This document shows, in pieces, positions 28,992 to 33,937 of a stretch of DNA of 33,937 nucleotides. The stretch comes from Sphingomonas sp. (GTDB taxonomy: Bacteria; Pseudomonadota; Alphaproteobacteria; Sphingomonadales; Sphingomonadaceae). The position numbers were made by a program, and so were the translations under genes. Below the pieces are notes generated by a model, which worked only from the letters and a program-made list of their open reading frames with translations, was not told where the DNA came from and did not search any database. The stretch's first letter is position 1. Every line of letters starts with the position of its first letter. The stretch spans positions 1-33,937 of the forward strand of contig NZ_JANMWY010000210.1 of the NCBI RefSeq assembly GCF_031380695.1, written 5' to 3'.

Positions 28992-31394
28992 TCAGAACTT
29001 GAAACGCGCGTCCACGAAGAATGTCCGCGGTGAACCGGGAACGACCGTGTTGAACTGGAACAGTTCCCCGGTGGCGATGCCGCCGGCATAGTAGACACGA
29101 TTGAACGCATTCTTCAGGTGCGCAGAGACCGCCCATCCGGCAGCGCTGTCTTCGACACCAAGGCGGAAGTTGACGAGCGTGTAACCGTCGACATGCGCGC
29201 CCGGGCTGCGATTGCCGGTCGAGGCAAACCAGAACAGCGACTGCGAATACACATCCGATCGCAGACTTGCCGTGATCGAATTGTGGATCGGTACATTGAC
29301 TTCGCCGAACACGGAACCCGACCATTTCGGCGTGTCGGGGTACGTGCCGAACAGAACAGGCGCACCGCCCCCGATCGATACCAGACTGTCGGTGAAGCGT
29401 GCATTGGTATAATTTACCGCACCGCCAAGCGTGAGCCAGGATGCCGGACGGATCGACCCATCGAACTCGACACCGCTGACCTTTGAGCGCGGTATGTTGA
29501 CCGTGACCGCAGCCGGGGTCGAACCAAGCAGCGTGTAGGCGACGCGCTGCCCATCTTTGATCCAGTCCTGATAGACGGCGATGTTGAAGTTGGTCGGGAT
29601 GCCACCAATGCGGCCGCGGTACTTGAGCCCGACTTCCGCGTCGGTCAGCGTCTCCAGCCCGTAGCCGTTGCCGCCCGTCGGGCCCAGCCCCGGCACTGGG
29701 TTCTGGATGCCATTATAGCCGCCATTCTTGTAGCTTCGGCGCGACGCAACATAAATCAGCAAGTTCGGATTGACTTGCTCCTGGAGGCCCAGTGTCCAAC
29801 TGACATTGCCGAACGACTTTTGCTGATGGAAATCATAGGTCGCCAGCTGGGCGGGTGGCGCAAGATAAGCGGTGTCGGCAGGCAGGACATCGAACTTGAT
29901 CTTTTCATGGGTGTAGCGCGCACCCACCGTTATACCAAGGCCTTGAACGCCAATTGCCTCGCTAAGATCGTATGTGCCCTGTCCGTAACCCGCATACATG
30001 CCGCGCGTAGTAAGCTTATTGTACACAGTCGTGCTAGTCAGCGGCGGGAACTGCAGAAGCAGGCTGGTAGTCAAGTTTTCGTTGGTTTCATGCGAATAAA
30101 ATCCGCCAACGACAAAATTGAGTCTTCCTCCGAGCGCCTTGCCGACAAGCTGTAGTTCTTCAGAATACTGGCGAGTGTTGTCATTCTTACCGCCATTGCC
30201 ATTATCATCGATTCCGTAGGGTGTACCATCGATATCGCCTGCAATGCCGTTCTTGAGGTAAGTATAGCCGAAGATATTCCGTAACTTTGTATCGGATCCG
30301 ACATCAATCGACGTGATGTTGGAAATGATGATATTGCGACCTTTATACTTTGACGGACCATCGGACTCGATCTTATATGGGCCGCGAGCTTGCTGCGTTG
30401 CCAAGTAAGACGCGATTCCGCCTGGGTCGAGCGTGGGATGGGCGGCCGCATATGCCGCAGCGCAATTGTTGGTGGTCGCGTTGCATCCCGCCGCGCCGCC
30501 CGTAAAAGCATTGATCAGGAAATTATATTGTGCCTGATTGCCAAAATTCGTGAGCGCGATCAGGGGAACAAGACCCGTCGGTTCCAGACTATTGATTAAG
30601 CCGCCTAGGCTGTTTCCGTCCGAATGGAGATAATCGACCACCAAGTCATTCGAAATCGAATTCGATAGCCCGATGTGTAAGCTGCCCCGCAACCCGTAAC
30701 GATCGACATCGCCGACGCGCTTGTTGTTGAACAGGTTGAGCTGGTAGCCGTCTCGCTTTTCATAGAAGCCGGCGACTCGGAATAGCACCGTGTCGCTGAC
30801 AACCGGGAGGTTCAGGGCACCTTCGACCTGGCGCAGTTTATAGTTGCCAAGGCGGCCGCTGATATATCCGCCGAATTTGCGAGTTGGCTTGGTCGATGTG
30901 AAAAGGACTGCGCCACCGGTGGAGTTCCGACCGAACAGAGTTCCCTGCGGGCCCTTGAGGACCTGGACCGATTGAAGGTCGTAGAAAGCGGAAGACCCGC
31001 CGCCGACGCCGTCGAGCTGAATTTCGTTGAAATAGGGCAAGACGCCCGGTCGCGTATCGCTGAAGGCGTCGAGCGACTGACCGCGCAATGCATAATTTAG
31101 CTGGTTCGAATTCTGACCAGCGCGGATCGTCAGGCCGGGCGTAGCCACCTGGAGATCGGCTTCGGTGGCGATCGCCTGGCGTTGCAGCAGGGCACCACTC
31201 AACACACTGACCGCGACCGGGGTCCGCTCGAGAGTCTCCGACCGTCGTTGAGCGGTGACGATAATTTCTTCCTGCGCAACTGGTTTCGACGCTTCCGGCG
31301 GAGTCGTGGATGAGCTCTGCGCAAACGCCGGTACAGACTGGATCATTGCAATCAGACTGGCCAGCGAGGCAGCCCCAACACGAATCTTGAACAT
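28992..31394 (-). CDS. TonB-dependent outer-membrane receptor
   Basis: Signal peptide (PAFA-Q), TonB box EEIIVTAQRR, plug motif VLKGPQGTLFGRNSTGGA, C-terminal ARFKF. AAGGAG/GAGG Shine-Dalgarno sequence. Confidence 0.95.
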   Translation of the reverse strand: MFKIRVGAASLASLIAMIQSVPAFAQSSSTTPPEASKPVAQEEIIVTAQRRSETLERTPVAVSVLSGALLQRQAIATEADLQVATPGLTIRAGQNSNQLNYALRGQSLDAFSDTRPGVLPYFNEIQLDGVGGGSSAFYDLQSVQVLKGPQGTLFGRNSTGGAVLFTSTKPTRKFGGYISGRLGNYKLRQVEGALNLPVVSDTVLFRVAGFYEKRDGYQLNLFNNKRVGDVDRYGLRGSLHIGLSNSISNDLVVDYLHSDGNSLGGLINSLEPTGLVPLIALTNFGNQAQYNFLINAFTGGAAGCNATTNNCAAAYAAAHPTLDPGGIASYLATQQARGPYKIESDGPSKYKGRNIIISNITSIDVGSDTKLRNIFGYTYLKNGIAGDIDGTPYGIDDNGNGGKNDNTRQYSEELQLVGKALGGRLNFVVGGFYSHETNENLTTSLLLQFPPLTSTTVYNKLTTRGMYAGYGQGTYDLSEAIGVQGLGITVGARYTHEKIKFDVLPADTAYLAPPAQLATYDFHQQKSFGNVSWTLGLQEQVNPNLLIYVASRRSYKNGGYNGIQNPVPGLGPTGGNGYGLETLTDAEVGLKYRGRIGGIPTNFNIAVYQDWIKDGQRVAYTLLGSTPAAVTVNIPRSKVSGVEFDGSIRPASWLTLGGAVNYTNARFTDSLVSIGGGAPVLFGTYPDTPKWSGSVFGEVNVPIHNSITASLRSDVYSQSLFWFASTGNRSPGAHVDGYTLVNFRLGVEDSAAGWAVSAHLKNAFNRVYYAGGIATGELFQFNTVVPGSPRTFFVDARFKF

Positions 31395-31496
31395 CGGCGA
31401 TCCTCTCCTTTTGATCCATCGTCTGAATCGACCGTACGGTGGCGATGGCTTGGTCTAATGCCAGTCGACGCCAGCGCCAAGTTTCTCACCTGTGTT

Positions 31497-31521
31497 TTGA
31501 CACTAGTGTTGATTGTGTCAA
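31497..31521. promoter_or_regulatory. Inverted-repeat operator/promoter upstream of the TonB receptor operon
   Basis: TTGACAC-N11-GTGTCAA with the nested perfect palindrome ACACTAGTGT (31500-31509). It gives a TTGACA -35 hexamer on both strands within an AT-rich patch. Confidence 0.6.
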
Positions 31522-31579
31522 TAGGGCTGTTGACTGAGAGAGCATGCTTGCAGAAATCCATCGGGCACTGTCGTCAGCA

Positions 31580-31950
31580 CTGATCGCCCGCCTTCAACGA
31601 GGAAGGCATCACGTTCCGTTACAAGGACTATCGCCGGAACGGCCTCGACCGCCAGCAGGTGGTGCACGGCGCTGGCGAGTTCATCCGACGCTTCCTGCTA
31701 CACGCCCTGCCCAAGGGCTTTCACCGCATCCGCCATTACGGCCTGCTCGCCAGCGGCAACCTCGAACGGCGCCCGCCGGCTGCGCGCGGTCGCGCCGCCT
31801 GTCCTCAATGACGTGGCGGTCGAGCCGACAGATGTCGGACCGCCGGGCCCGTGCTGCAGCGGCCAGATGGTCATCATCGAGATCCTCGAACGCCGCTATC
31901 AGCCGAGTGCCCCGGCGCCCTTCGCAAGCGCAGCCGAGAGATCAGCGTCG
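31580..31950 (+). mobile_element. IS91-family (Y2 rolling-circle) transposase C-terminal remnant
   Basis: AFNEEGITFRYKDYRRNG...EFIRRFLLHALPKGFHRIRHYGLLASG (frame from 31590). After a frameshift it reads PPGPCCSGQMVIIEILERRYQPSAP. The N-terminal part is missing. Confidence 0.85.
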
Positions 31951-31964
31951 TCACCCACGGCTCG

Positions 31965-33937
31965 TCACCGATAAACGCGGCGACGCAGTAGCAGGAAAGC
32001 TGCAGGGATCACGAGCATCGACAAAAGAGGTGCCGTGACCATTCCGCCGATCATTGGGGCGGCGATCCGGCTCATCACTTCGGAGCCCGTCCCGGCACCG
32101 ATCAGGATGGGAAACAGGCCGACGAGGATGACCGCAACGGTCATCGCCTTTGGCCGCACGCGGAGCAGCGCGCCCTCGCGCACGGCTTCTTCGATCGCTT
32201 CATCGTCAGGTGTCGGGCCGCGCTCGGAGAGGGCATGCTTGAGGTAGATCAGCATCACGACGCCGAACTCGGCCGATACACCGGCGAGTGCAATGAAGCC
32301 GACTCCCGTCGCGACCGACTGGTTGTAACCGAGCAGATACAGCAGCCACAGCCCGCCCGTCAGCGCAAACGGCAGGGTCCCCATGATGAGTGCCGCCTCG
32401 TCGAGCCGTCGGAAGGTCGCGTAGAGCAGCAGGAATATAATCAATAGCGTGGCAGGCACGACGATCTTCAGTCGCTCGATCGCGCGCTGAAGGAACTCGA
32501 ACTGGCCGGTGTAAGTGACGCTGATCCCCGGCGGCAGCTTGACCCTTGCCGACACCACGCGTTGCAGATCGCCGACGATCGCCGTGAGCGGGCGATCACG
32601 CCCGTCGATATAGATCCACGTCACCGGCCGGCCGTTTTCGCTACGAAGCATTGGCGGGCCGTCGCTGACGCGGATATTGGCGACCGTCCCCAGCGTGACC
32701 TGCTGGAGCGATGGCGTCACCACCGGCAGGTTGCGCAGACCGTCGATGCTGTCGCGCACCTCGCGCGGATAGCGCACGCTGATCGGATATCGCGCCAGTC
32801 CCTCGATCGTCTGGCCGACCGTTTCGCCGCCGATTGCGCCTGACACGACGGCCTGGACGTCCGCTACGTTCATGCCATAGCGCGCCGCAGCGGCACGATC
32901 GATCTGCACGTCGATGTAACGACCGCCCGTCAGGCGCTCTGCAAGCGCCGTGCCGACGCCGGGCACGCTTTTTGCGAGCATCTCGATCTCACGCGCCACC
33001 TTGTCGATCTCGGCCAGACTGGAACCCGCGACCTTGATGCCGATCGGGCTCTTGATGCCGGTCGACAGCATGTCGATCCGGTTACGGATGGGCGGGATCC
33101 AGAAATTGGCCAGCCCCGGCACCTTCACGGCACGGTCGAGTTCGTCGATGAGCTTGTCCTGAGTCATCCCCGGGCGCCACTGGTCCTTCGGCTTGAAGCG
33201 GATTGTCGTTTCGAACATTTCAAGAGGCGCGGGATCGGTAGCGGTGTCGGCGCGTCCCGCTTTGCCGAACACGCTGTCGACCTCGGGAACGGTTTTGATC
33301 AGACGGTCGGTCAGCTGCAGCAGGCTTGCCGCCTTGGCGGTCGAGATGCCGGGCAGTGCCGAAGGCATATAGAGCAGGTCGCCTTCATTCATTTGCGGAA
33401 TGAACTCGCCGCCGAGCTGGCTGATCGGCCATATGCTGGTGGCGAAGATAAGCGCGGCGATCACCAGCGCCTTCTTGGGCCGCGCGAGAACCCAATCGAG
33501 CGCCGGGCGATAGATGCGGGTTAGCCAGCGGTTGATCGGGTTGAAATCTTCCGAGGGGATTTTGCCACGGATCAGGAATCCCATCAGCACCGGGATAAGC
33601 GTGATCGACAAGATCGCGGCGGCGGCCATCGCATAGGTTTTGGTAAAGGCGAGTGGCGCGAACAGCCGACCTTCCTGTCCCTGCAGCGAGAAGATCGGGA
33701 TGAATGAAAAGGTGATGATGAGCAGGCTGAGGAATAGTGCCGGGCCAACCTCGGCCGCAGCTTCAGTAACGATCACCCACCGTTCGGACGATTCCAACGT
33801 CGAATCGGGATGGTCGCGCGCCCAATGTTCGAGATGCTTGTGCGCATTTTCGATCATGACCACGGCGGCATCGACCATCGCGCCGATGGCGATGGCGATT
33901 CCGCCCAGCGACAGGATGTTGGCGTTCAACCCCTGAA
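31965..33937 (-). CDS. cusA: CusA/SilA-type heavy-metal RND efflux permease (5' end outside window)
   Basis: [76 protein letters not shown]. The frame is open to the right edge. Confidence 0.93.
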   Translation of the reverse strand, partial: QGLNANILSLGGIAIAIGAMVDAAVVMIENAHKHLEHWARDHPDSTLESSERWVIVTEAAAEVGPALFLSLLIITFSFIPIFSLQGQEGRLFAPLAFTKTYAMAAAAILSITLIPVLMGFLIRGKIPSEDFNPINRWLTRIYRPALDWVLARPKKALVIAALIFATSIWPISQLGGEFIPQMNEGDLLYMPSALPGISTAKAASLLQLTDRLIKTVPEVDSVFGKAGRADTATDPAPLEMFETTIRFKPKDQWRPGMTQDKLIDELDRAVKVPGLANFWIPPIRNRIDMLSTGIKSPIGIKVAGSSLAEIDKVAREIEMLAKSVPGVGTALAERLTGGRYIDVQIDRAAAARYGMNVADVQAVVSGAIGGETVGQTIEGLARYPISVRYPREVRDSIDGLRNLPVVTPSLQQVTLGTVANIRVSDGPPMLRSENGRPVTWIYIDGRDRPLTAIVGDLQRVVSARVKLPPGISVTYTGQFEFLQRAIERLKIVVPATLLIIFLLLYATFRRLDEAALIMGTLPFALTGGLWLLYLLGYNQSVATGVGFIALAGVSAEFGVVMLIYLKHALSERGPTPDDEAIEEAVREGALLRVRPKAMTVAVILVGLFPILIGAGTGSEVMSRIAAPMIGGMVTAPLLSMLVIPAAFLLLRRRVYR

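Noticed and set aside
31544-32038. 164-aa plus-strand ORF as an intact gene
   Set aside because: An off-frame reading of the IS91 remnant; the transposase motifs lie in the other two frames.

Overview
GC-rich alphaproteobacterial window, most likely sphingomonad (inferred from gene content and an EcfG-type promoter). Left to right: (1) the 5' 3.8 kb of a large secreted RTX/FG-GAP repeat protein on the minus strand, absent from the ORF track because it runs off the left edge; (2) a translationally coupled operon of a fused 5-oxoprolinase/hydantoinase with DUF969, DUF979 and DUF2891; (3) dps with an EcfG (sigmaT) promoter, an FeS-type cryptochrome/photolyase and an MFS transporter; (4) divergent cyoABCD-surf1 with a RegB/RegA-type two-component pair, followed by an AttEFGH-like ABC system with a secreted CrtC/AttH-fold protein; (5) from about 25.1 kb, an accessory region in decay: YecA/UPF0149-like and esterase remnants, and a TonB receptor-GST-luciferase-like monooxygenase-BVMO pseudogene-SDR catabolic operon; then an IS91-family transposase remnant and the 3' part of cusA. 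No rRNA, tRNA or CRISPR array was seen. The best candidates for under-described systems are the oxoprolinase-DUF969-DUF979-DUF2891 operon, the ABC plus AttH-fold module, and the TonB/GST/monooxygenase catabolic cassette. All family assignments come from motifs recognised by eye, not from database searches.
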